Assembly (NCBI GenBank): GCA_965224465.1
Contig: OZ245049.1
Location: 4,440,001-4,472,000, forward strand
DNA: 32,000 nt
Source of the DNA: Flavobacteriaceae bacterium
Lineage (GTDB): Bacteria; Bacteroidota; Bacteroidia; Flavobacteriales; Flavobacteriaceae
Direction: 5' to 3'
How positions within the stretch are numbered: position 1 is the stretch's first letter; each line of letters starts with the position of its first letter. Shown one piece after another: positions 19,751 through 27,853 of this stretch. The notes under the pieces are model-generated. The model searched no databases and had not been told where the DNA came from. It saw only the letters and a program-made list of their open reading frames with translations. Position numbers and translations under genes: made by a program.

Positions 19751-20243
19751 ACTTAAATCATTAAAATTTACAGATCAAGTTCTTGATGTTGCTAATGCGA
19801 CAAACAAACAAAAAGGTAATTTTGGAGAGATAAAAGCAGCTGCTAACCTGTCAAAAAATAAGAAGTTAAAAAGTGCAGGGTATGACCTGACAAGAATTGG
19901 TGATAAAGCCCCAACAGGATTTAATAATACCATTAAAAAAGGAATTGACGGTTTGTACGAAAACGCAACTCCACCACCTCAATTTGTTATCGATGAGGCA
20001 AAATATGGGACATCTAAGTTAAGTAAAACAGTTGATGGGAATAAACAAATGTCTGATGGATGGATAGAAGCTAATGATTATAAAAGGTTAACTGATCAAG
20101 TAGATGAAGATAAGGCTAGAGAGATCATTAGAGCGATGGAAAACGGAGAAGTAGAAAAAATATTATCTAACATAGATGAATCAGGAAATGTAGTTACAAA
20201 AAGTTTAGATGAATTAGGTAAAATAATAGGTGATTGGCCGTAA
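19689..20243 (+). CDS. Orphan toxin cassette O1: CT type B, PD-(D/E)xK restriction-endonuclease-fold nuclease-like (possibly PoNe-like)
   Basis: The frame is open from 19635 and the track start is a TTG. It begins with the junction helix FKGVALGFLFLGAGKVVEKG. Candidate catalytic pattern is GNFGE ... GIDGLYE ... VIDEAKYG (D...ExK). No N-terminal trafficking domain. Confidence 0.6.
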   Translation: MFKGVALGFLFLGAGKVVEKGLKSLKFTDQVLDVANATNKQKGNFGEIKAAANLSKNKKLKSAGYDLTRIGDKAPTGFNNTIKKGIDGLYENATPPPQFVIDEAKYGTSKLSKTVDGNKQMSDGWIEANDYKRLTDQVDEDKAREIIRAMENGEVEKILSNIDESGNVVTKSLDELGKIIGDWP

Positions 20244-20257
20244 AATTAAATATAATA

Positions 20258-21046
20258 ATGAATATTAGAGATAGATTAAACACTCAAGAAAGGTATCAAG
20301 AAATAATTGACAAAAAAACTCAATATATTAATGAAGATTTAATTAGAATTCAAGAAAGAAAAGAAGATGAAAAAAATAACATTCAACAATATCCAAAACC
20401 AAATATTAAGATTATTAAATCTATCTCAAACTCTTTAGTAGGGAAATATATAAATTTATTACAAGCAGAGTATTCTGTTGGTAGTGATTTTATTAAAATT
20501 AAAGAGATCTTTAGTCAGTTATTAGGTTCAATGGAAATTTCTTGGAATTTAAAATCAGTTGAAGATTTTAAGCATGGCTTTGATGAAGATCCGTATTACA
20601 CAACAGATAATTACCAGCAAATTTTGACCTTAGTAAGTTTGGGGGTTTTATTAGAGGTTGGTAATGCCGATTTTGATAAAATAATAAAAATACGTGATAA
20701 GGTAAAAAATTCAGATCAACTATTGGATTTTTTAATAAACTACCGTGTTAAAAGAGAATTTAAAAAGACTCTATTGAAATATAATAAATATACAAATATT
20801 CAGCAAATTTTAGATGTTCAAGATAAAACAGAAGTTATAAAATCTTTAAAAAAATATCTTTCAAAGCAATGGTTTAAAGATTTCGGAAAAATGGCAAATG
20901 CAGAAACTCATAAAAGCAAGTGGAATATTCATACAGGTTATTGGAGTTGGGAAGCAGGTGCAATAGCAAAAATCCTAAATTTAGATGATAGTAGTTTAAA
21001 AGATCAACAATACTACCCTTATGATATGGTACATTTTAAAGATTAA
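20258..21046 (+). CDS. Candidate immunity protein for CT type B (DUF1911/PoNi-like, tentative)
   Basis: I place the start at MNIRDRLNTQERYQE by homology with the start of 28961..29707; the track start at 20234 is a TTG. The C-terminal HKSKWNIHTGYWSWEAGAIAKILNLDDSSLKDQQYYPYDMV resembles the DUF1911 C-terminus as I recall it. Confidence 0.55.
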   Translation: MNIRDRLNTQERYQEIIDKKTQYINEDLIRIQERKEDEKNNIQQYPKPNIKIIKSISNSLVGKYINLLQAEYSVGSDFIKIKEIFSQLLGSMEISWNLKSVEDFKHGFDEDPYYTTDNYQQILTLVSLGVLLEVGNADFDKIIKIRDKVKNSDQLLDFLINYRVKREFKKTLLKYNKYTNIQQILDVQDKTEVIKSLKKYLSKQWFKDFGKMANAETHKSKWNIHTGYWSWEAGAIAKILNLDDSSLKDQQYYPYDMVHFKD

Positions 21047-21051
21047 TAATA

Positions 21052-21606
21052 ATGAGTTACATTTTAGAACTATCTTATTTATTAGTGAATAAGGATCAGA
21101 AAGATCAAAAAAACATTCAAAAAGAAGTAAAACTATCTGTCAATAAACCTAAAGAATACTTTTCCTTATTTGCAAGTGATTTAGCAGAAAGAGGTATTGA
21201 GAAGCCAATTGTTGAATTGCCTTGGTTTGCAATGATTAATGGATTGTATCGTGAGGGGTTTCTACAAGAATTAGATTGGAAATCTTATCCTGAAGATTTT
21301 GTAGAAGCGACTTTAGCGTTAATTAAATGTCATTCAAATTCTAAGCAAATAAAAAATCAACTCCTAGATTTAGAATTTTTAAATAATGATTTAGAAGTAG
21401 AAGAAGTTATTATAAAAATTAATAAGGTACTACAAGAATTCAATATTTTACTAATTATTATTGATATAGATAGTGATAGTTATCTTTTAAATAGGATCGA
21501 ATTTGATAAAAAAGAAAGAGTTTTAGAGTTAGTTTCCTTTTTAGGTTACGGTAAAATTAAGATATATCGTAACAAAAAGAAGAGCCGTTTTTTATTAGAC
21601 GAATAA
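21052..21606 (+). CDS. Hypothetical cassette-terminal protein (second putative immunity/accessory); KKSRFLLDE tail
   Basis: 184 aa. Differs at 2 residues from 29713..30267. No family recognised. Confidence 0.5.
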   Translation: MSYILELSYLLVNKDQKDQKNIQKEVKLSVNKPKEYFSLFASDLAERGIEKPIVELPWFAMINGLYREGFLQELDWKSYPEDFVEATLALIKCHSNSKQIKNQLLDLEFLNNDLEVEEVIIKINKVLQEFNILLIIIDIDSDSYLLNRIEFDKKERVLELVSFLGYGKIKIYRNKKKSRFLLDE

Positions 21607-21730
21607 CGGATTACAAGCAGTTCTTTGAAATACAGAAGTAAATACCCTTTATGATTTTAGTCAAGATAGTGACGAAGAAGCATTGTTTAAAGGTGTAGCC
21701 TTAGGTTTTTTGTTTTTAGGAGCAGGGAAG
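21574..21730 (+). repeat. R2 inter-cassette direct repeat (variant spacer)
   Basis: KKKSRFLLDE* tail, variant spacer CGGATTACAAGCAGTTCTTTGAAATACAGAAGTAAATACCCTTTATGATTTTAGTCAAGATAGT, then the core up to GGAGCAGGGAAG. Confidence 0.85.
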
Positions 21731-22162
21731 TTCTTGGAAAAAGGGGTTAGATCGTTTACCGCTATGAGAGCAGGCGATGAAATGGTAGAATTGGCAGACA
21801 AGGTAATAGATGTAGCTGATGATTTACCAATATTGAAATTTAGCAGGGAAAAAATGCCAAATATTGCTGATAATATTGATGAAGCTATAGAGGCTGGACA
21901 TCCTAGTACTTTAACACGGGAAGCTGATAAGTCTGCTATTAAAGCGAATAGGAAAGCGGCATTAAATGAAATAGATAAAGCAAAGAAAGGTAATTCATTA
22001 GATGAATATCCTTTTGCTTCATCAAAAGAAGGAGGTGTAGGGTCAAACGTAAAATCTGTGCCGAAAGGAGAACAAAATATTCAAGGAGGAACTATGTCTA
22101 GTTTCTATCAAAATAATAATATAGCGGATGGTGATAAATTCATTGTAGAAATAATAGATTAA
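21683..22162 (+). CDS. Orphan toxin cassette O2: CT type C, NucA/NucB-family DNase-like
   Basis: Starts (TTG) with the junction helix FKGVALGFLFLGAGK. Contains NSLDEYPFASSKEGG...EQNIQGG, matching the DEYPFAS..EGG...N.QGG signature of the NucA/NucB deoxyribonuclease family. Confidence 0.65.
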   Translation: MFKGVALGFLFLGAGKFLEKGVRSFTAMRAGDEMVELADKVIDVADDLPILKFSREKMPNIADNIDEAIEAGHPSTLTREADKSAIKANRKAALNEIDKAKKGNSLDEYPFASSKEGGVGSNVKSVPKGEQNIQGGTMSSFYQNNNIADGDKFIVEIID

Positions 22163-22165
22163 ATT

Positions 22166-22750
22166 ATGAAAGAAATATTTAATAATATAATTACTTGGTT
22201 ACAGAAAAACAATAGGGACACCATGCTTAATCGTTTGTTAGACGGTAGTAATGATAATATTTATCGTAAAATATTTAAAAAAACAACATTAGAAATTCCA
22301 AATGAACTAATAGAGTTATATAAAATTAGTTTAGGTGTTAATATAAATGAAGGAGATAAACTAAATAGATTTCATTTTTTTCCAGGATTTTATTTTATGG
22401 CTATTGAAGAATCTATTTTAGATTATAATATCTTTAAAAACGATAGTCGTTGGAACAAAAATTGGTTTCCAATTTTTGCCAATGGAGGAGGTGATTTTTA
22501 TTGTGTAGATTGCTCAGATAAAAATAAATCTCCAATAGTTGAATTTATGTTAGATTATGATGATGAAGTAGTTCATGATAGTATTTTAAATATGCTAAAA
22601 ACTATTGATCAATGTTATAAAGAGAAAGTATATTATGTTGATGATGAAAATTATTTAGAAATAGATGATTATAAAAAAGAAAATAGCATTCGAAAAAGAA
22701 TAAATGGATATGATATTGTTAAAAAGAGCCGTTTTTTATTAGATGATTAA
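22166..22750 (+). CDS. SMI1/KNR4 (SUKH-1) family immunity protein; KKSRFLLDD tail
   Basis: 194 aa with IPNELIELYKISLG and WFPIFANGGGDFYCVD, typical of SMI1/KNR4. Starts 3 nt after the toxin stop. Confidence 0.7.
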   Translation: MKEIFNNIITWLQKNNRDTMLNRLLDGSNDNIYRKIFKKTTLEIPNELIELYKISLGVNINEGDKLNRFHFFPGFYFMAIEESILDYNIFKNDSRWNKNWFPIFANGGGDFYCVDCSDKNKSPIVEFMLDYDDEVVHDSILNMLKTIDQCYKEKVYYVDDENYLEIDDYKKENSIRKRINGYDIVKKSRFLLDD

Positions 22751-22791
22751 TTAAGGTAGTGTAGTTCTTTGAAATACAGAAGTAAATACCC
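22721..22791 (+). repeat. R3 left half (repeat split by the IS3 insertion)
   Basis: KKSRFLLDD* tail and spacer up to ..GAAGTAAATACCC, where the IS begins. Confidence 0.85.
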
Positions 22792-22851
22792 TGGAGTGTC
22801 TACATTTGTTGTGACGGTTTTATTAAGCCTATAAATTTATATATTTGAATT

Positions 22852-23136
22852 ATGGGAAGAAAAAAGCATGATAATGAGTTCAAGGTAATGATAGTAGAAC
22901 TATTAAAGTCCGGAATGAAATCAAAACAGATTAGTACAGATTACGAGTTGGATGTAAGTATGATATCTCGCTGGAAGCGAGAATACGAGATTAAATCGGG
23001 TGACTTTTCTAAAAAGAAAGAGTTAACCAATGATGAAGTGGAGCTAAAGGCGTTAAAAAAGGAACTTCGTAACGTAACTATGGAGCGTGATATATTAAAA
23101 AAGGCGGTAGGCATCTTTTCCAAGAGCGACAGATAA
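22852..23136 (+). CDS. IS3-family transposase OrfA (HTH/leucine-zipper part)
   Basis: 94 aa. MGRKKHDNEFKVMIVELLKSG...ISRWKREY and the coiled-coil ELKALKKELRNVTMERDILKKA are typical of IS3 OrfA. Confidence 0.85.
   Translation: MGRKKHDNEFKVMIVELLKSGMKSKQISTDYELDVSMISRWKREYEIKSGDFSKKKELTNDEVELKALKKELRNVTMERDILKKAVGIFSKSDR
23097..23103 (+). promoter_or_regulatory. Programmed -1 ribosomal frameshift site A AAA AAG (orfA to orfB)
   Basis: The heptamer is in the X XXY YYZ phase of orfA (codons TTA AAA AAG). The -1 frame is open from 23103 into orfB (GGRHLFQERQIRYKFIFNNGVSFPVEKMCKSMRVS). Confidence 0.7.
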
Positions 23137-23183
23137 GGTATAAATTCATTTTTAATAATGGAGTATCCTTCCCTGTTGAAAAG

Positions 23184-24017
23184 ATGTGCAAATCCATGCG
23201 CGTTAGTGAAAATGCATATTATCACTGGGTAAACAATAACGGTTCCAGCGTACATAATACAGCTAAAGTAGACTTGATGAATAGGATTACCTATCATTTT
23301 ATCGAAAGTAAAGAGATCTATGGGAGTCATAGAATTCAAAAAGCACTGGAGCGAGAAGGAGTGTATTATTCCCGTTCTTACGTGGCGCTGTTGATGAAAG
23401 AGATGGGTCTGCGAAGTGTTCTGAAGAAGGCTTTTGTGGTAACTACAGACTCTAAACACGATTATCCTATTGCTGAAAATATATTAAACAGAGAGTTTAC
23501 CAGTTTGAAAACAGGAGATAAATGGGTGTCAGATATCACCTATATACGCGTAAATGATGATTGGAATTACTTAACGACGATAATTGATTTAGCTGACAGA
23601 AAAGTGGTAGGTTGGTCATTAAGTGAAGACATGACCACCCAAAACACCATTGTAAAAGCGTGGATTGCGGCTAGAAGAACAAGAGCTATTAATCCAGGGT
23701 TTATCTTTCATTCAGACAGAGGAGTGCAATACGCATCTAATAAAATGACTGCTATTTTAAATTTTAATCAGAAAATAACACAAAGCATGAGTAGAAAAGG
23801 TAATTGTTGGGATAATGCTGTTGCTGAGAGCTTTTTTAAATCCATAAAGTATGAGTGGCTCTATCGTTTCAAGTACATGTCATATCTGCAATTACACGAG
23901 TCGATAAATGAATATATCTCTTGGTACAATATCAAAAGATTACATTCAAGTTTAGGGTATTTATCACCGCTTGAAATGGAAATAAAACTAAAAAAGAAAA
24001 TTAAGAAAGTGGCTTAG
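23184..24017 (+). CDS. IS3-family transposase OrfB (DDE/rve integrase core), probably made as an OrfAB fusion
   Basis: WVSDITYI (first D), FHSDRGVQYAS (second D) and NCWDNAVAESFFKSIKYEW (E) form the DDE triad. The frame is open upstream to 23103. Confidence 0.85.
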   Translation: MCKSMRVSENAYYHWVNNNGSSVHNTAKVDLMNRITYHFIESKEIYGSHRIQKALEREGVYYSRSYVALLMKEMGLRSVLKKAFVVTTDSKHDYPIAENILNREFTSLKTGDKWVSDITYIRVNDDWNYLTTIIDLADRKVVGWSLSEDMTTQNTIVKAWIAARRTRAINPGFIFHSDRGVQYASNKMTAILNFNQKITQSMSRKGNCWDNAVAESFFKSIKYEWLYRFKYMSYLQLHESINEYISWYNIKRLHSSLGYLSPLEMEIKLKKKIKKVA

Positions 24018-24048
24018 TAAAATAGTCACATATTTATTAGGAACTCCA

Positions 24049-24149
24049 CCCTTTATGATTGTAGCCAAGATAGTGACGAAGAAGCATTGTTTAAAGGTGT
24101 AGCCTTAGGTTTTTTGTTTTTAGGAGCAGGGAAAGTTGTTGAGAAAGGG
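24049..24149 (+). repeat. R3 right half
   Basis: CCCTTTATGATTGTAGCCAAGATAGT followed by the 74-nt core up to GAGAAAGGG. Confidence 0.85.
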
Positions 24150-24527
24150 TTTAGGGCTTTTAGAGCTATGAGAGCAGGCGATGAAATGGTAGAATTGGCA
24201 GACAAGGTAATAGATGTAGCTGATAATTTACCAATATTGAAATTTAGCAGGAAAAAAATGCCAAATATTGCTGATAATATTGATGAAGCTATTGAGACTG
24301 GGCAACCAAAAGTATTAGCGAGAGAAACTGATAAATCTGCTATCAGTGCAAATAGAAGGAATGCTTTAAAAGGAGTAGACGATGCAATAGATGGTAACTC
24401 ATTAGACGAATATCCTTTTGCTTCGTCAAAAGAAGGAGGTGTAGGAGCAAACGTAAAATCTGTACCTGTTAAAGAACAAAATATACAAGGAGGTACTATG
24501 TCTAGTTTTTATAAAAAAATGGTATAA
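24087..24527 (+). CDS. Orphan toxin cassette O3: CT type C' (NucA/NucB-like variant), C-terminus truncated by a frameshift in an A7 tract
   Basis: Same architecture as O2, with NSLDEYPFASSKEGG...EQNIQGG retained. After SSFY the frame ends (KKMV*). The +1 frame continues NGIKEGDKFIVEIID* to 24565, matching the O2 C-terminus ..DGDKFIVEIID*. Confidence 0.6.
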   Translation: MFKGVALGFLFLGAGKVVEKGFRAFRAMRAGDEMVELADKVIDVADNLPILKFSRKKMPNIADNIDEAIETGQPKVLARETDKSAISANRRNALKGVDDAIDGNSLDEYPFASSKEGGVGANVKSVPVKEQNIQGGTMSSFYKKMV

Positions 24528-24568
24528 AAGAAGGAGATAAGTTTATCGTAGAAATAATAGATTAAATT

Positions 24569-25153
24569 ATGAAAGAAATATTTAATAATATAATTACTTG
24601 GTTACAGAATAATAACAGAGATATTATGCTTAGGAAATTACAAGGCGGTAGTAGATACGGTATTTATAATAAAATTTTAAAGGAAACTGAATTAGAAATT
24701 CCAAATGAATTGATAGAACTATATAAAATTAGCTTAGGAGTTGATATAAAAAAGGGAAACAAATTAGATGATTTTCACTTTTTTCCAGGGTTTTATTTTA
24801 TACCTATTGCTCGATCTATATTTTTTTATAATAACTACAAAGATGATAGTCGTTGGAACAAAAATTGGTTTCCAATTTTTGCCAATGGAGGAGGTGATTT
24901 TTATTGTGTAGATTGCTCAGATAAAAATAAATCTCCAATAGTTGAATTTATGTTAGATTATGATGATGAAGTAGTTCATGATAGTATTTTAAATATGCTA
25001 AAAACTATTGATCAATGTTATAAAGAGAAAGTGTATTATGTTGATGATGAAAATTATTTAGAAATAGATGATTATAAAAAGGAAAATAGTATTCGAAAAA
25101 GAATAAATGGATATGATATAGTTAAAAAGAGCCGTTTTTTATTAGATGATTAA
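24569..25153 (+). CDS. SMI1/KNR4 (SUKH-1) family immunity protein (variant); KKSRFLLDD tail
   Basis: 194 aa. The C-terminal ~100 aa are identical to 22166..22750, and the N-terminal ~95 aa have diverged. Confidence 0.7.
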   Translation: MKEIFNNIITWLQNNNRDIMLRKLQGGSRYGIYNKILKETELEIPNELIELYKISLGVDIKKGNKLDDFHFFPGFYFIPIARSIFFYNNYKDDSRWNKNWFPIFANGGGDFYCVDCSDKNKSPIVEFMLDYDDEVVHDSILNMLKTIDQCYKEKVYYVDDENYLEIDDYKKENSIRKRINGYDIVKKSRFLLDD

Positions 25154-25290
25154 TTAAGGTAGTATAGTATTTTTGAAATACAGAAGTAAATACCCTTTAT
25201 GATTATAGCCAAGATAGTGACGAAGAAGCATTGTTTAAAGGTGTAGCCTTAGGTTTTTTGTTTTTAGGAGCAGGGAAAGTTGTTGAGAAA
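25124..25290 (+). repeat. R4 inter-cassette direct repeat
   Basis: Same tail, spacer and core as R1. Confidence 0.9.
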
Positions 25291-25740
25291 GTAAGTGGTA
25301 AAATTATAAAATCTTTTACCAAAAGAGGAGATGAGATTATAGAAGCTAGTGCAAAAGGAATTGATGATGTAGTAGAACCTCTAGGTACATGTAGAGATGC
25401 TCAAGGGAAATTAAGAAATAAAGACGGTACTTTTGCTAAGGACTCAAATACTGTTAAATTTAATAGAAATACTTCTGAAAGAAAAAAAGCATTATTAAGA
25501 GATGCAAAAGACCCCAATAGTGGGTTATCTGATAGAGCTAGAAAACAAATTTTAGATTCAAATGGGGAAAATGTACCAAAAGGTCATGAAGTTTCTCATG
25601 AAATTCCATTATACACAGAAAAAACTGTTACTGGTAAAAAAGCTTTAGATAGAGCAAGTAATATGAAAACTCAGCAGAAAAACGTACATAGAAAAAGACA
25701 CAAAAAATGTGGAGACCAGTTTCATGATTTCCCATTCTAA
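25231..25740 (+). CDS. Orphan toxin cassette O4: CT type D, HNH/EndoVII (beta-beta-alpha-Me)-like nuclease domain (tentative)
   Basis: Starts (TTG) with FKGVALGFLFLGAGKVVEK. The C-terminal KGHEVSHEIPL...NMKTQQKNVHRKRHKKCGDQFH has His/Asn spacing compatible with an HNH-type active site. The subfamily is not resolved by eye. Confidence 0.45.
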   Translation: MFKGVALGFLFLGAGKVVEKVSGKIIKSFTKRGDEIIEASAKGIDDVVEPLGTCRDAQGKLRNKDGTFAKDSNTVKFNRNTSERKKALLRDAKDPNSGLSDRARKQILDSNGENVPKGHEVSHEIPLYTEKTVTGKKALDRASNMKTQQKNVHRKRHKKCGDQFHDFPF

Positions 25741-25753
25741 TAAAAATTAAATT

Positions 25754-26452
25754 ATGAATTTACAAAGTATTAAAGAAATGTATTTAAAAGTAATAAAATC
25801 GGATGATTTATCTTTTAAATTAGACTTCATTGATGAATTGATAAAAAACAATAATAATGAAATAATGAACTATCATTATGACTTATTAAAAGAGAAATCT
25901 GATAAGAAATTTTTTCAATATATTAGAAGTTCCTTTAAAAAAAGAGGAAGCGAAGCGGAATTATTTTTATTAAAAAAAATTCAAAAAGAAAAAGATTTGG
26001 ATTTAAAAGGTGAAGTTCTTCAAATTTTAGGAGGAATGAAATGTGAAGAGATAACACCAATAGCAATAGAACTTCTTTCCGAACCAGTTTTTAGTCTTCA
26101 ATACAAAGCCATAATTGTTTTAGGTTGGCTTGGTAAAAAAGAAGAAGTATTGATTCTTGATAAGGTAATGAATTCTAATAAAAATCAAGATTTGAGAGGA
26201 TACGCAGCTTCAGCTATGAGGCAAATATGGTATAACAATTTAAGATTAAACAAAAGTATTCTTAAATGTTATTATAATGCACTATTAGGTGATAATTCAT
26301 ATGTATTAGATAGCACAATCATAACTTGTACGCAAGATATTCTTAAAAAAAAATTTGGTATTAAGGAGTCTAATCATGGAGATATATCAGGAGATATCTC
26401 CATAGCAAAACCCAAAGCAATAATGGCACTTGAAAAATTTCTAAAAATATAA
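25754..26452 (+). CDS. HEAT/ARM-like repeat protein, candidate immunity for CT type D
   Basis: 232 aa with HEAT-like helical repeats (LQILGGMKCEEITPIAIELLSEP..LQYKAIIVLGWLGKKEEVLILDKVMNS..DLRGYAASAMRQI). Confidence 0.5.
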   Translation: MNLQSIKEMYLKVIKSDDLSFKLDFIDELIKNNNNEIMNYHYDLLKEKSDKKFFQYIRSSFKKRGSEAELFLLKKIQKEKDLDLKGEVLQILGGMKCEEITPIAIELLSEPVFSLQYKAIIVLGWLGKKEEVLILDKVMNSNKNQDLRGYAASAMRQIWYNNLRLNKSILKCYYNALLGDNSYVLDSTIITCTQDILKKKFGIKESNHGDISGDISIAKPKAIMALEKFLKI

Positions 26453-26454
26453 AT

Positions 26455-26829
26455 ATGATTGTTTTTTTATATGACTCAGAATTGGAGTATGAATTATTAG
26501 ATGAAGAATTACACCTAAATGAAGCCTTAACCGAGTTTTATGAATTATCTGAAATAGAAGGTTCATTTTTTGGTGTTAAAACCCTAGGTGAAGTAATACA
26601 ATTTTCTTGGGAAGATGTAGATAAATGGCTTATAGACTTACCTAATCCACCATCTTTTTTGAATTTCCAACGATATGCTAACTATGATGAATGTGTCGAG
26701 ACTATTAAAATAGTTTTTAATGGAGTTTCTCCAAAAGAAGTTAAGAATTTAACAAAAGTTAATATTAAGTCAGAAACTCTCGATGGTGTCCTTAAGAAAA
26801 AAAAATCACGTTTTTTATTAGATGATTAA
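26455..26829 (+). CDS. Hypothetical acidic cassette-terminal protein; KKSRFLLDD tail
   Basis: 124 aa, starting 2 nt after the upstream stop. No family recognised. Confidence 0.5.
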   Translation: MIVFLYDSELEYELLDEELHLNEALTEFYELSEIEGSFFGVKTLGEVIQFSWEDVDKWLIDLPNPPSFLNFQRYANYDECVETIKIVFNGVSPKEVKNLTKVNIKSETLDGVLKKKKSRFLLDD

Positions 26830-26969
26830 TTAAGGTAGTATAGTATTTTTGAAATACAGAAGTAAATACCCTTTATGATTATAGCCAAGATAGTGACGAA
26901 GAAGCATTGTTTAAAGGTGTAGCCTTAGGTTTTTTGTTTTTAGGAGCAGGGAAAGTTGTTGAGAAAGGG
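26800..26969 (+). repeat. R5 inter-cassette direct repeat
   Basis: Same tail, spacer and core as R1. Confidence 0.9.
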
Positions 26970-27401
26970 TTTAGGGCACTTAAAAACAGTAAAGCCATTG
27001 TCGAAGTAACAGAACAGGTTACTAAGAAAATAAGTAAAAGGCTACAGTTTTTAGGAAGAACACCTGGGAAATCCTCTAAAACAGGCAGAGAAGTTTTTGA
27101 AAGAATGTTAAACGGAAAACCTCCTACTGCAAGAGTTAAAAGAATAGGAAAAAAAGAAATAAAAGAATTTTGGGATTATGATAATCAAAAATGGAGAAAT
27201 ATAAAAGAAGCAGATATGGGGCATATTGAGGATGCCGTTTCGTATTGGAATAACACAGGAAGATACCTAGGTGCAAAATCTAAAGAGGTACGTAAATGGA
27301 TGTTGGATTCAGATAATTATGTTTATGAGTATTTTAGAACGAATAGATCAAAAGGCGCAATATTAGGAAAAACAACAACTTATTTACCTCCAATTAATTA
27401 A
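26907..27401 (+). CDS. Orphan toxin cassette O5: CT type A (GH-E-like), silent near-exact copy of the expressed toxin tip
   Basis: The protein is identical to residues ~194-357 of 17623..18696. By direct comparison of 18190..18696 with 26895..27401 I see one nucleotide difference, the synonymous GAC/GAT at 18601 versus 27306. Confidence 0.7.
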   Translation: MFKGVALGFLFLGAGKVVEKGFRALKNSKAIVEVTEQVTKKISKRLQFLGRTPGKSSKTGREVFERMLNGKPPTARVKRIGKKEIKEFWDYDNQKWRNIKEADMGHIEDAVSYWNNTGRYLGAKSKEVRKWMLDSDNYVYEYFRTNRSKGAILGKTTTYLPPIN

Positions 27402-27853
27402 TGAAAATAAAAATGGCAATTTTAGAAAAACACACACAAGATAAAATAGATAAATTATCTAATGAATCATACAAGCGTTATGAAGTTGGGGATAAGGAAA
27501 CTTCATATAGACTAATGGAAGAAGCGTGGGGAATGTATCCAAATCCAAAAGAGAATTGGAATGAGAGTTATAATACTGCTAAATACGCTTTAGATGATCT
27601 TTTAAAAAATGGTGAAATTGAAAAAGCAATGATTTGGTATACAAGAATGGTTAAAATTCATGAGAACCTTGGACTTTGGATAGGTTCATTTGAATATTAT
27701 TCAGGAAAAATATTCTTTGAAAAGAAGGATTTTAAAAAGTCCTTAGAATACTTTAATAAAATGTTTGAAATTGCTGGTCATAGATATTTTGAAGATGAAA
27801 ATTCAAAATACAAAGATTTTTATCTAAATCCTGAAAAATACACAAATGAATGA
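27401..27853 (+). CDS. Variable helical-repeat protein, candidate immunity/accessory (allele 2 of 3)
   Basis: 150 aa. The start overlaps the toxin stop (TAATG), and an alternative start lies at 27413 (MAILEK, compare 30855). Shares only the C-terminal block with the other two alleles. Confidence 0.55.
   Translation: MKIKMAILEKHTQDKIDKLSNESYKRYEVGDKETSYRLMEEAWGMYPNPKENWNESYNTAKYALDDLLKNGEIEKAMIWYTRMVKIHENLGLWIGSFEYYSGKIFFEKKDFKKSLEYFNKMFEIAGHRYFEDENSKYKDFYLNPEKYTNE

Larger units (their letters stand above)
22792..24048 (+). mobile_element. IS3-family insertion sequence (1257 bp) inserted in inter-cassette repeat R3
   Basis: The ends are TGGAGTGTCTACATTTGTTGTGAC... and ...GTCACATATTTATTAGGAACTCCA, giving imperfect TG..CA terminal inverted repeats. 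They are flanked by a 3-bp direct duplication CCC (22789..22791 and 24049..24051), and removing the element restores the intact repeat sequence AATACCCTTTATGATT. Carries orfA/orfB with an A AAA AAG slippery site. Confidence 0.85.

Noticed and set aside
20234-20257. The upstream TTG start (MAVKLNII) for the type-B immunity candidate, overlapping the toxin stop.
   Set aside because: The homologous ORF at 28961 starts at the position equivalent to the ATG at 20258 (MNIRDRLNT / MKLRDVLNT).
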